Shown here one piece after another: positions 40,480 through 55,622 of a stretch of 64,000 nucleotides of DNA. Where the stretch lies: assembly GCF_009914755.1 (NCBI RefSeq), contig NC_060937.1; one strand, 5' to 3'. This stretch comes from the human T2T-CHM13v2.0 reference genome, Homo sapiens. The notes below the pieces were generated by a model. That model was not told where the DNA came from and did no database searches. It worked only from the letters and a program-made list of their open reading frames with translations. Each line of letters opens with the position of its first letter. Within the stretch, counting starts at the first letter, position 1. Both the position numbers and the translations under genes were made by a program.

Positions 40480-42345
40480 TTTCTAATCTTTTGCTGCTCT
40501 TTTGTTATAAAGTATTGGTTTATTGGAATCTTAATTATTACTTTATAAATTACTACTAAAAAGCATCTTCCTATGTAAATAATTCCCATTTATATTACTC
40601 TTTTCTGAGATTTCTGTTCATGTCTTTTCTTCATTTCTCTACTGTGTTTTCATGACTATCTCATTTACTTGTATGCATTATTATACATTTTGATAAAATT
40701 GTCATTTTTCAGTTATATATTTTGCAAATATCTTTTTCAGTTGATACTTTCTCTCTTTTTTTTTTCCTTTATGGTGTCCTTTGATAAATGGCTATGTAAT
40801 TTCAATGTAGACACATGTATCTCTTTTCTTTTGGAGGATAGTATATTTAGGCTTTAAAAAATAAATTATTCTCGGCCGGGAGCATTGGCTCACGCCTGTA
40901 ATCCCAGCACTTTGGGAGGCCGAGGCGTGCGGATCACCTGAGGTCAGGAGTTCGAGACCAGCCTAGACAACATGGTGCAACCCCGTCTCTACTAAAAATA
41001 CAAAAATTAGCCGGACATGGTGGCAGGCACCTGTAATCCAAGCTACTGGGGAGGCTGAGGAAGGAGAATCCCTTGAACCCGGGAGGCAGAGTTTGCAGTG
41101 AGCCAAAATCATGGCCATTGCACTCCAGCCTGGAGGACAAGAGCAAGACTTGGTCTTAAAAAAAAAAAAAAAATTCCATTCTCATCTTTTATTTTACTAA
41201 TATCATCTCCAGTACTGTTTTATAACACTTTGCAAGCTTTGTTTTCCATACTAAGTATGGACTTTCTTTTGAATGTGGTGTGGTAGAGATGTGGTTCATT
41301 TCACCCTAGTGAGCTCAACACTATTTGTTAAACAATGCACACTTCCCAATCTGATTTGTTCTTCTATGTTCAGGTAATGAATTTTTATATGTTCATGAGA
41401 CCCTTCCTGTCCTTTCTGAATGGTTTTATTGGTTAATATAATGAGTTCTCTCTCAAATGAACTGTCTTAATTACAATTTTTGTGTGTTTGTTTGTTTGTT
41501 TGTTTTTGCTATACCAATTGTACTAGCTTTATAATAGTTCTTGGTCTCAGGTAAAGCAGTTCATTCCAATATCAATATTTCTCTTCAGGAGAGACTTGGA
41601 AATCCTTGGCCCTTTGTACTTCTACAAATATGTAGAATCGTCTTATCAATTTGTACAAAAAAATGAAAAATGTGATTGGCATAGCAATAAAACTATGGAT
41701 ATAATTGGGTAAATTAAAATTTTTAATTATTGATTCTTTATTTTAATTTGGCATATTCTTCTATTTAATTTGTTTTGAAATGTCTTTCAATAAGTTATAT
41801 TTTTGCTTCATCAAAGAACTGTGCATTTTTATGAGATTTAATTATCCAATTTTAAAAACTATAATTTTACCTTTTAAATTTAATTTTTGCAAATTTATTT
41901 TTATTCACCATTTATCCCATCACCCTTGATAATTTTTTTCTAAACTTTAATATTTTCTCAGTAGATTGCTTTGGCTTTTACTATGTAGATAGTCACACCA
42001 TCTTTAAGGAATGACAGATTTGCCCCTTCATTTCCAAAATCTCACATTTAAAATCTTGTTTTATTTTATTTGCTAGGGCTTTCCATGAAAATTGAGTAAA
42101 TCCATTATCAGTAGGCATTCTAACATTGTCCATAAATATAAACAGATTTTGCTTGTGACATATTATAAATGTTAAAATTTTAAAATATACTTGTTTATTA
42201 GGTTAAGGAATTTCTTTTATTTCTAGTTTGCTAAGGACCTTTAAAAAATTGAGTCAGTGGTTTTCTACATGTGTAAAGATGATTTTATATATTATTCCTT
42301 TGAACAGTTAGTATGATAAATTATATTTCTATGTTTGCAGATGTT
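40480..42345 (-). mobile_element. Old L1M fragment(s), interrupted by Alu
   Basis: Antisense ORF2-like text (gtcttaattac, gattggcatagcaataaaactatggat, ggttaaggaatttcttttatttctagtttgctaag). Confidence 0.6.
40874..41173 (+). mobile_element. Alu (AluSq/Sx-type)
   Basis: Full dimer with ggatcacctgaggtcagg, gccattgcactccagcc and A tail. Confidence 0.95.
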
Positions 42346-42749
42346 AAAGCTGACACAATTAAAACAGTGCATGACCTGACAGTTATGCTTCTCATTTTAA
42401 TTTTTAGCTTGTTTTATTGTTTTTATTTTTATTCTTGAAGTGTTCACTCATTTTCTCAACAGAAAATCAATTCTTTAAAAAGTATGTTTTTTTTCCTATG
42501 GTAATATGTTCATAATTATGTTGCAGTTGAGCAGAAAGTTTTTTAGAATATTTTGTCAACCATACTGCCAAAATTAGAAGTGTATCTGTATTAGAATTTG
42601 TTGAATTATCTTTGGAATTTTAACTTATTACTATCAATCTACTCCCCAAGCAATAACCAGACTATATTTGAAAGATAATTAAAGAAATCTGCTTATTAAA
42701 ACATGTTTGCCATGTTAAAGGAAAGAAATAAGTGAGAACCTAGTTTTCA

Positions 42750-44075
42750 TAAAAAGAAAACTGAAAGTGACTCTCCTAGAAAGTAAAAAATGCAATATCT
42801 AAAAACCCACTGGACATATTTTGAAACTCAGAAGATAGAATTAGTTTACCAGAAGATAGATCAGGAATTATCCAGAATGAAGCATATATAGATTAAGATA
42901 AAAGAAAATTTGAAAGAGAGTAATAATGTAAAAAAAATTGAAAGCATCAAAAGCATAGCTGGTCTCAGGAGAAAAACAGGAGTTGGGGCAAATCCAGTCT
43001 ATCAACATTGAAGATACTTCTTTATTTTCTATAATTAGAAAAACCTAGCAATTCATAGGTTTAGGAATCCAATAAATTCAAATAGAACAAATTTTTAAAA
43101 ATCTACACCAAAAAGAGAAACTTCACTGCAGAAAAGCAAGAGAAAATCCTACAGTCAAGGATGAGGTGAGGGTGGAGGCGTAGATTACATTTAAATGAAC
43201 GGTAGTGAGATTGGTAAACCAGAAGGAAATGGAATGTTGCACTATCTTAACTCATATATATATATGAGTATGTATATATATGAGAGTATATATATGAATA
43301 TGTATATGAGTATATATGAGTATATATATATGAGTATATATGTGATTGTGTATACCATATACAATATGAGATTGTATGTGATATATATATATATATATAT
43401 ATACACAATACAATCACATGTGGTTTATATATATGGTAACCTTAAAACTTCATTGGGTTTACAAAGTGTAAAATAGAATATATATAAACTGAATTAAATA
43501 AAAATTTATGTTTTGTGATTTAAAAAATTAAATTTCAAATAAAATAATGTATATGCAATACTTAAATTCTTCCAGAGAATACACATATAGAAAAAATTTG
43601 CAAAAAAGACATTTTACATCATGGGTTAGTAAACACAAGAATATAAATGTGCCATTTTTCCTGCAATTTATTTATAGTTTCACTTCAGTCTCAGTTAAAA
43701 TCCCAAAGTTTTGAGTAGAAATTGATAAACTGATGCAAACCATGAAAATGCAGGATGTCAGAGAATACCTCCCCAAATAAACCTATGCATATATGGACAC
43801 TTCATTTATGGCAGCGATGGTACAGGATATCAATAATCATTTGTTGGTCATTTCAATAAAATTTACTGGCAATATCAGATTTCTATATGGAAACAATGAA
43901 ATTTGACTCCTACCTTGAACCATAAACACAAGGAAATTCCAGGTGGATTCAATACCTAAATGAAAAGTAAATTTATGAAGCATTTAGAATGTAGAAGAAT
44001 ATGTGTTTACTTAATATTTATGAAATTATATGTTTTTATGCACTCCTCTGTAATATAATACAATAAAAGTTTTAG
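42750..44075 (+). mobile_element. Old L1M fragments (ORF1-like, then ORF2/3' end) with (TA)n at 43254-43410
   Basis: gaagatagatcaggaattatccagaatgaagc; cccaaataaacctatgcatatatggacacttcatttatg; aattccaggtggatt. Confidence 0.55.
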
Positions 44076-44752
44076 TAATCTGTTTTTTGCAATGTAATTT
44101 CACTTTGTTAAGAAAAATAGATACACATACATAAAAATGACTTACAATTAAAATGTTATTTAGACATGCTTTTTTAAATCTTAATCTTGTTTCCCATGTG
44201 TATTTTGTAGATCTACTTTCAGATATTTGAATATTCCTCTCACTACAGATGATAGCAAATAGGTAAACATTTGATTATATTTTTGCTAAGCATTTTTTAC
44301 ACAATTAAATTACTTTTAGTTACATTCCTTATGTAAGAACTGCAATAATTAGGTATTTTCAGTCTAAAGGGTCACCTGATTCTCTGAAGAGTCAGTTCAT
44401 TCTTAATCTAGATTGTAATTTTTTTCTAAGTACACTTATTTTACTGTGCTTGGAAATTACCATTAAAATTGGATAATTCAGGTCTCATAATAATATAGAA
44501 ATAAAAATAAGTTCAAATACTTAATAATTTTAATATCAGATCAAAAATAAATAATTTCTGGAATATGAATTTATTTCACATATGAGAAATATTACCCACT
44601 ATAATTTCTGTAGTGTTCTGCATCTGACTGTCCGGCAGCATGTGTCCACAAAAAGAAAAGGGTCTATCTTTGTTTTTTCTGCTGATGCTAGTAAGTTATA
44701 TCTTTCGAATCACATGTGTTTTGATTGTGCCTTTTGTTTCCCCATCCCTCAG

Positions 44753-44961
44753 AATTGTGGAGAAAAGATCTTAAGTGTTGCAAAAATGGTTCCTTTTAAA
44801 ATGATATAAAGAAAAGCAATCACTAGTGTCCTCTGATGACTACGTAATCCTACTGCCAGATTGCAAAGGGAAGACAAATTTTACTGCAGACAATCCAAGT
44901 TATGAAGATATATTTCCTCCAGATTACATAATTTTTAAAAATAAGAGACCTACTGGGAAAG
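44753..44961 (+). other. Candidate 209-nt non-coding exon
   Basis: Acceptor ccttttgtttccccatccctCAG and consensus donor AAG|GTAAGT, in apparently unique sequence. Motif evidence only. Confidence 0.4.
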
Positions 44962-45507
44962 GTAAGTAAGCATGTGGGATAAGAAGGACTTGCATTATAT
45001 AAAGGCACTACTTAAATGGTAAATTATCCATCTGGGAATGTACAATAAAATACTTCCTTCCCTAGCCATAAAGACTTAAAAGATATGTAAGATTCTGAAC
45101 AACTTTAAAATGAAATGGAATTCGGACAACATATCATAATGGATCTTGTAACAATAAATCTAAAAGGTTTTTATTACAATAAACCCCCTTGAAGAAAAAT
45201 TTTCCCCCTGAATATGACACATAAAAAGAGTAGACTTCACACAATTGTGTGTTAGAAAATAAAAAAGTGAACTTCTCTAGACTAGAAGAGTAAAAAGCAA
45301 TTGCGACATTTTAGTACTTCCAAAGAAAATTGCTGGCTGAAATAGACTTTGTACATTGACTCTGCCTGTATACACTGCAATTTCACCAGGTGTTGGATAG
45401 ATAACTTTAATATGACTTGCCCCACATCCAGTCACTCACAGTCAGTTCAAGGAGAAAGTGTTTGGAATATTCCCAAGTGCTTATCTCTTATATTGTTCAA
45501 TGTTTCA

Positions 45508-47519
<2,012 letters not shown>

Positions 47520-48979
47520 TATATATATTATGATTTTCTACAAACTTCATTGTAACTGGCAATCTTCATGATATAGCACTGCAGGATGCACTATTCCCTC
47601 CTCTTTTCACAGGAAACGCTCCAAAAGCATGATGAGGTACTACAGCAGGTGGCTCTGTGCCAACTCAGCAGAAGTGCTGCTTGAGACTCTCCAATAGTGA
47701 ATTCTAATTGGGTGGATTATTTGTTCTGCATATTTGGTTTCCCTGAGACCATGATGGGAGAACTGTTGAGCAATTTTTAAAAGTGGAATTGGCTGCTGCT
47801 GCTACAGAGCCTTTTTGAGTTTCTTACATGCCAGGAAAGTCGCACAAAAAGCATGAATGTTTAATAGACTCAGTTAAAGTCTTGAAGTTAGAGGAAGAGC
47901 CCATGTTTTCTATTTGATAAGCCATTATTATCACATAAGGGGAGTAGAATCACAGTCAGCAATAATTTTAATCTCAAAAATACTTAATTCTTCTCTCAGT
48001 GCCAGGAATATAAGTATTTTCTCATAAGCTATGCACTCAAAATTTGAATTCTCAGCAGCATTCCCTTTTATTTTGGAGTGCACATACCTCTAGAATAGTT
48101 TTCACATTAGGAATGCAAATTTCTGGCAATACTCCTACTTAAATTATTTAATTTCAAAATTTAGTCTACTATGGAATTCTGCTAGTAGAAATCACAGTGC
48201 ATATGACATGCAGGGTTATCTTTAATCAACAGATAGCAGAATTTCATAAGTTCTTTAGAATTTCAATATTAAACCATGTTACCTCTGTACTAACTTTTTA
48301 AAATGTTATCACTCATCTTTATATTAGAGATTGAAAAGCTATGGTGCAGAGATAATATGAAATTTTTTCAAAGTTACAAACATTAAAAAATACGTTCAGT
48401 ATTGAAATATAGAGGGTCTGGTGCCAGAATCCATGCATTTAATGATTATGTTACAGTGCTTCACCACTGTGGCTCTTAGTTTTGTGTTTTTATTAATATT
48501 AATGTAGTTGATGATTAAGTTACCTATGACACAACTATTCTTATATGTTAGATGGAAGCATATTAGTAAAAGCATCGTGGAAGATAGTTGCTATTAAAAT
48601 AAAATCTGATGTCAAAGAAAAAGGTCACCTGTTAAAATGATGTTTATCAGGGATGTTCCTGTTTGAGTGGGTCTCTTTTTATTTGAACATACTAAAAGAA
48701 TAGATTGTATAATTAAAATAGCCTGAGCCTAAGTTAAAATCATAAACACATTGATTTTCTATTAAATCAAAGAAAATTGAAGAAAATGGTAAAGTAAAAC
48801 AAAATGTAAAGATATTAAGTAAATTGAAAATAAAGATTTAAATATTTATATAAAACAAAATTATTATTTTTTCTTCGTCAGGTGATTGCATCACAATAAA
48901 ATGTAATTTTTTTAACTTTCTCATGAAGAAATGCTATTTTTTCCAGCTTTCAATTCATGAAAAACCTTATTGGGAGGAG

Positions 48980-49500
48980 GAAAATGTATAAAATATTTGA
49001 ACAGATACCTCATCAAAGATGATATATGGATGGCAAATAAACATATGAAAAGATACTCTCTATCACATGCCATTAGGGAACTGCACATTAAAAGAACCAA
49101 AAGACAACATGACAAACCTATTAGAATTGCTAAAATGCTGGTGAGGATATGAAGCAACAGAAATTCTTATTTATTGCTGGTGGAAATGCAAATATACAGC
49201 TACTTTGCAAAGTAATTTGGCAGTTTCTTACAAAACTAAGCATACATTTACCATATTATGCAGCATTCATGCTCTTTTGTATTTGTCTAAATAAGTTGAA
49301 AATTTATGTTCACACAAAAACCTGCAGATGAAATTTTATAGCAGATTTATACAACTGTCAAAACATGGAAGCAAACAAGATATCCTTCAATAGGTAAATA
49401 GATAAACAAACGGTGGTAGATTCAGGAAACTAAATCTTAGTTCCAAAAAAAAGTCTATCGAGCCATGAAAAGATAAGGAATAAATTTAAATGCATATTGC
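48980..49500 (+). mobile_element. L1MB/MC 3' fragment, followed by (TA)n at 49501-49641
   Basis: Translation LNRYLIKDDIWMANKHMKRYS.SHAIREL resembles the ORF2 C-terminus; ttgaaaatttatgttcacacaaaaacctg. Confidence 0.8.
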
Positions 49501-49599
49501 ATATATATAATATATATATTACATGCACACATATATGAGATATACATATAAATACAAATATATACATATATAAAAATATAAATATATACATACATATAC

Positions 49600-49642
<43 letters not shown>

Positions 49643-49643
<1 letters not shown>

Positions 49644-50068
49644 CTTTGTCTCCAGTTCCTTGTACAGAAGGCCTAAAATTCTTGCAATTACCTGTGGAAA
49701 TAGGGTTGCTAAGAGAATCTTTTGTTCTAATATTTGGTCTTTGATCCTGGTTCCTGACACAGAACTTCTAATCACTTGGATTTTCTTGAGTAATAGGAAT
49801 GTCTTTTGTTCTCATGAGGTGACCTTGGTAGGCCCCTGGATGGGAATTGGTAACCAAAAAGACCAAGTTATGATTAGAAGCTTAAAATGTTTAGCCTCAC
49901 TTTTCATCCTCCAGGAAGGGAAAGAGTAGCTGGCTATGGAGTTAATCACCTATCATGTCTACACAATGAAGCCTCTGTAAAAATCCCTGAACTACAGGGT
50001 TTAGGGACCTCTGCATATGTGCAGAGTACATGTAAGGTGTCATGCCACAGAGGGCATGAAACTTTCAT
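49643..50068 (+). mobile_element. MER21-like LTR fragment
   Basis: tggtctttgatcctggttcctgacacagaac...gaccaagttatgattagaag...aatgaagcctctgtaaaaatccc. Confidence 0.7.
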
Positions 50069-50337
50069 AAAATAAAATATTAAACATAAACTCAACTATA
50101 TCAATAACAATATTAATATTTAATGTGAATGGATTAAATAATCCAACAAAATGCAGAAAACTTTAGCTAAAAAATTTTAAAAAGCCAAAAACCATGATTT
50201 GCCTATGTGTACATATAGAAGGCACACTTTAGTTTCAAGATAGAAACACATTCAATGCAAATAGATGGAAAAAATGTATATTATGTAAACAGCAACTACA
50301 AGAAAGCTGGAGTGGTTATATTAACATATAAATAAAC

Positions 50338-50631
50338 TTTTTTTTTTTTTTGAGACAGAGTCTCGCTCTTTTGCCAGGCTGGAGTGCAGTGGCACACAAT
50401 CTCAGCTCACTGCAACCTCCACGTCCCGGGTTCAAATGATTATTTTGCCTCAGTCTCCTGAGTAGCTGCGACTACAGGTGCGTGCCACCACGCCCAGCTA
50501 ATTTTTGTATTTTTAGTAGAGCAGGGTTTCATCACATTGGCCAGGATGGTCTGGATCTCGTGGCCTCGTGATCTGCCCACTTTGGCCTCCCAGAGTGCTG
50601 GGATTACAGGCGTGAGCCACCACGCCCAGTC
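50338..50631 (-). mobile_element. Alu (AluSc-type)
   Basis: ccaggatggtc, ctcgtgatc diagnostics; TSD aaataaacttt/aaattaacttt. Confidence 0.93.
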
Positions 50632-51047
50632 CAAATTAACTTTAAAACAGACACAAATATTGTGAGAAATAAATATGAACATTTCCTAATGACCAAAAGG
50701 CTAATCCACAAAGAAGATATATCAATTATAGACATGTATACATCTAATAAGAGAACACCAGAATATATAACATAAACTAACACAAATGAAGAAATAGAAA
50801 ATTCAAAAATAATAGTTGGAGATTTCAATAATCTACTCAATAATGGAAACAACAACAAGACAAAAGATCAACAGATAAATAGGACACTTAAAACGAAAAG
50901 CCAACTAAATCTAATAGTACAGAATACTAAGGCTAACAATGACAGAATATACATTCTTCTCAAGCATACATAGATCATTCTCCGGCCCATAAGCTAGATT
51001 ATAAAACAAACTTCAATATGTTAAAAAACAGTGCTCTGACAACAATG

Positions 51048-51170
51048 GAATAAAATAAAATAAAATAAAATAAAATAAAATAAAATAAAATAAAATAAAA
51101 TAAAACAAAATAAAATAAATTAAAATAAAATAAAATAAAATAAAACAAAATAAAATAAAACAAAATAAAA
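51048..51170. repeat. (TAAAA)n pentanucleotide array, about 24 units
   Basis: Read directly. Confidence 0.95.
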
Positions 51171-52476
51171 ACAGTAACAGAAGTAAGTTTTTGGAAACTT
51201 ACCAATATGTGAAAATTAAGTGAAACACTTTTAAACAATTGGTCAAATAAAAAATCAAAAATAATTTAAAAATATTTTCAGAAGAATGAAAAGGAAGACA
51301 CACATATCAATACATTTGGGAATCAGCTAAGGTAGCACTTAAAAGGAAATTTGCTCTTATCATAACTACATTATGAAAGAGGAAAAATCTCAAACTATTA
51401 ATCTAGTCATCTACCTTAAGACACTAGAAAAGAAAAGCAAACTAAACCTAAATTAATGAAATTAAAAATAGAAAAGTTGTAGCAAAAAATCAATAAAATG
51501 AAAGGCTGGTTCATTTAAAAGATCAGCAAAATTGATAAACCGTAACTAGAATAACCAAGAAAAAATTGTAAAGTTAGAAATGAAAGAGGGGATATTACTA
51601 TTGCCCTTACAGAAATAAAAGGATTATAAAGGAATGATAGAAATAATTTTACTACAACAAATTGGAAAGGTTAAATAGACAGGTTCTGAAAAAAAAAATG
51701 CAAGCTACAAGAGACTGAAGAAGAAACAGCTATCTGAATATACCTGTAAAAAATGAAGAGTTAGAATGAATAATCAAAACCTATCCAAATAGGAGCCCTG
51801 GCCCAGTGGTTTCACACTAAATTCTACTACACATTTAACAAATAATTAATTCAAATTCCTCACAACGTCTTTCGAAGATACAGAGAAAATGCATGCCAAC
51901 TTATTTTATTAGCTTAGTATTACCCTGATAAAAAAGATCCCCAAGGAAGAAAATTATAAACCAAATCTCTTATGTATATAGATGCATTCATCCTCAACAA
52001 AATCATCAAACCAAATCTGACAACATAAAAAGAAAATGATGCTCCCTGATGAAGTGGAATGTACCTCAGGACTACAAAGATGGATCAAGATGAGGAAATC
52101 AATCAGTATGATGCATCATATTAATAGAATAAAATACAAGAATTACATCATCATATCAACAAGTGCAGAAAAACAATTTGACAGCATCTAAATCCCTTTG
52201 ATGATTAAAAAACACTCACAGAGTAGAATATTAATGAATACACTCAATGTGATGAAGGTCATCTATGAAAAACACACAGCTGATATTGTAACATTGCATT
52301 TAGTGGTGAAAGACTGACACTTTTCCTTTTAAGGTCAGACAAAGTGGTCTGCTCTCACTACTGATATTCAACATTGTATTAGGGGTTGTAGCCAGAGTAA
52401 AGAGTCAGTAAATATTTATCTAGATTGAAAAAGAGGAAGTAAAACAATTCGTATTTGGAGATAATATGATCTTATG

Positions 52477-52965
52477 CAGTTGACCCTTCAAAACAACCTA
52501 AGTTTGAACTGTGGGGTCCACTTATATCACTTGTATATGAATTTTTTTGCAATAAAAATACACAAAATGTGTCTGCCACTCCTGCCTCCCCTTCCACATC
52601 CTCTTCAAACTCTCTTCAACCTCTATCACCCCAAGACAGCAAGAACAACTGCTCCTCTTCATCCTCCTCCTCAGCCTACTCAGCGTAACACAATGATGAG
52701 TTACATCCACGTAATGAATAATAATTATATTTTCTCTGTTATGATTTTCTTGATGACATTTCCTTTTTTATAGGTTACTTTATTGCAAAAATACAGTATA
52801 TAGTATATAAAACATACAGAATATGTGTTAATTGTTTATGTTATCAGAAAGGCTTCCAGTTAACAGTAGGCTATTAGTAGTTTAGTTTTGGGGGAGCTAA
52901 AAATTATACATGAATTTTCAACTGCATAGAGCTCAGCACCCCTAACATTGTTCAAGAGTAAACTG
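52477..52965 (+). mobile_element. Tigger2a/2b-like non-autonomous TcMar element
   Basis: TIRs cagttgacccttcaaaacaa ... ttgttcaagagtaaactg; flanks tg/ta (TA TSD, one side mutated). Confidence 0.85.
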
Positions 52966-53270
52966 TATATAGAAAATCATAAGAAATCCACTAAAGTAAA
53001 TTAAAATTAATAAATTAAGAAAGTTTTCAGGACACACAATCAATATATGAAATCACATATATGTTTATATATTAGCAATGAACATTCTGGAAATAAAATT
53101 AATAAAATAAAATAGCATAAAAAAGAATCTAATACTTGGGAATAAATTTAACTAAGATAATATAAAACATATACCCTGAAAATTAGAAAACATTATGGAA
53201 AAGTAAGTAACACCTAAATAAATGGAAATATATCCCATGTTTATGGGTCAGAAGACTTAAAGTTGTTAAT

Positions 53271-53911
53271 CTGACTGCATGATGATCCTTGAGTAGGTTT
53301 GGCTGACCCAGTTTCTCTCCTCTCTTCTTAATTGTGGTTCTCAGAATAACCATAGAGTACACAGGGAATGCATCCTGAGATGGGGAGAAACTGCCTGAAA
53401 TAGCCCGGACTTTGTTCCTGTCACTCCTCAGGAACCTCACATCATGAGTTAGGGAAGACTGCTGGGGACAACCTGGCCTCTGTTTCTGTTTCCCTAGAAA
53501 CAGGATGTCATTCAGTACTTTAGCCAAACATGTTTCCTGCAGGGTATAAAACCAAGGGCAGGCTACTTTTTGAGGTAACTCAGCTGTGCGGCAAGTGGGG
53601 CATATGCAGATGAAACTCTATCTACCCTTGGCAATTTTCCTGAGCATTGGGGTACTGGATCATCACGAATTTTAGGTTTCCATTGTCCTCGGCTACCTTT
53701 CTATCTGTAAACAATAAATCTGCTTCATATAACTTGGTTTGTGTGTGATCTGTGTCATCAGATTTGAGCAAGTAAGAAAAGTGTAACTCAAGAGTTAGTG
53801 GACTGAAATTTAGACTACTGTTCCTGAAGGTTGGCATGGTGGTGATTTTTGCTAGCTTGCATGCAATGGGAGTCTTCCTTTAGGATTCATAATCAGTGAA
53901 CCTACTTCACA
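53271..53911 (+). mobile_element. ERVL-class solo LTR (MER54/MER73-like; exact family uncertain)
   Basis: gggaatgcatcctgagat, ctagaaacaggatgtc, TATA gggtataaaa at about 53542, aataaa at about 53713, end agtgaacctacttcaca; interrupts L1 collinearity. Confidence 0.7.
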
Positions 53912-55578
53912 GCGGCAATACTCCCCAAATTTGATGTACAGATTGAATGCGATCTCTACTAGAACCCCTGCTGACTTCTTTCTTAAAAAATGACAAGTTG
54001 ATTTTTCAAATTAACGTACAATTGAAAGGGATTCAGAAACTCAAAATAATCTTGAAAAAGAACAAAGTAGGAGACCACTCACATTCCAATTTCAAAACTT
54101 AAAGTAACAGTAATCAAGACATTGTGTTAGTCACACAAAGAAAATTTTATAGATCAATGGAATAGAATTGAAAATGCAAAAATTAACTGTTACATCTATG
54201 GTTAACTGATTTTTCTATAGGTGTAACAAGACCATGTAAAAAGGAAAGAATAGCCTTTTCAACAAATGCTGTGAGACAGGATAGCCAAAGGATGAAATTG
54301 GGTCCTTACCTCACATCATATACAAAAATTAATTCAAAATGAATCAAAGACCTAAATGTAAGAGCTAAAACTATAAAATTCTTATGAGAAAACACGGAGT
54401 GAATCTTAATGACCATTAATTTGGCAAATGATTCTTAGATTTGACACTAAATGCATGAGTCACACAACTTTAAAATACAGATACATAGGACTTCAAAATT
54501 TTAAAACTTCTGTATATCAAAGGACTGTCACTAAACTTAGAAAACCCACTGGATGGAAGTAAAGATTTCAAAGTCATTTATAAGATAAGCAACTTATATT
54601 TAGAATATACAAGGAACCTTTATAATACAATTATAAAAAGACTAATAATCTATTTTTTAAAATAGGCAAAGGACTTGAATAAACATTTTTTTTCCAGAGC
54701 AGATATACAAATGACCTATAAGAACATAAAAAGATGTTCAACATCTTTAGTTTTCAGAAAATTATAGATCAAAATCACAATGAGTATATAGTAGTTATTA
54801 AATAAATAAATGTTGAATTAATGAAAGGTTAACGATAAATGGCTATAGTGGATAAGAAGAAGATATAAGAATCAGAATAAGATACTAATGAAGTTGAAAA
54901 CTGTGTGAGCAAACAAGTTGGAAGTATTGAAGGAAGTTACCAGAGTGGAATTTTGAATTTGAGTTTTTTTTTAAATTTATGGCAAATAGCAAAAATTAAT
55001 CTACACATCCTTATAAGGAAAGCCATGGTCTTGGAGTAAAGTATCGACAGACAGTAAGATTTCCATTGAGATAAAGAAGTCAATATTATCAAAACAGTTG
55101 ATACTAGAGAATAATTTTCTCAATGTGAGATGACACTTTGGTGAGTCCAGGGAAATATTATATTAAAGAGAAGTGCAAATTCAAATAGAAAATTTACAAA
55201 AGATTATGAGAGTAGCAGTTGAACAATTAAAAAAAAAGAGTATGCAGGTACTGGAGGCAAGAGAATATTTTTGTGAGGCATCATGAATTTAGTCCCAATT
55301 GTCTATTGAAGAAACTGGAGGAATGGAGGCCATCAAGAAAAGCAGGATTCAGCTGCTCTTTGGTGATCATGCCTAACTTATACTTTAAACATATTTAGCC
55401 TGAAGTTTGTAGTTTCGAGAAGCATGTTAATTGTCATCACATGATATAAGTAGTCTTTTCAGCTTCCATTAGTGAACTTGCTAATTACCAACTCTATAAA
55501 AAGTCAACATTGGAGGGGGATCATCAATAAAGTTAAGTAAAGAAGAAGAAATAATAACTTTATGGTGTGAAAATTTAT

Positions 55579-55622
55579 TGTATTAGTCAAGGTTCTCCAG
55601 AGAAATTGAATCAGTAGGAGAT
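55579..55622 (-). mobile_element. MLT2 LTR terminal fragment
   Basis: tgtattagtcaaggttctccagagaaattgaatcagtagga. Confidence 0.6.

Larger units (their letters stand above)
50070..54790 (+). mobile_element. Long old L1M (MA/MB-like) ORF2 region, interrupted by Alu, (TAAAA)n, Tigger2 and an LTR
   Basis: Collinear ORF2 remnants: aataatagttggagatttcaat, cagaatatacattcttctcaagc, gtatttggagataatatgatctta, catatacaaaaattaattcaaaatgaatcaaagacctaaatg. Confidence 0.85.
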
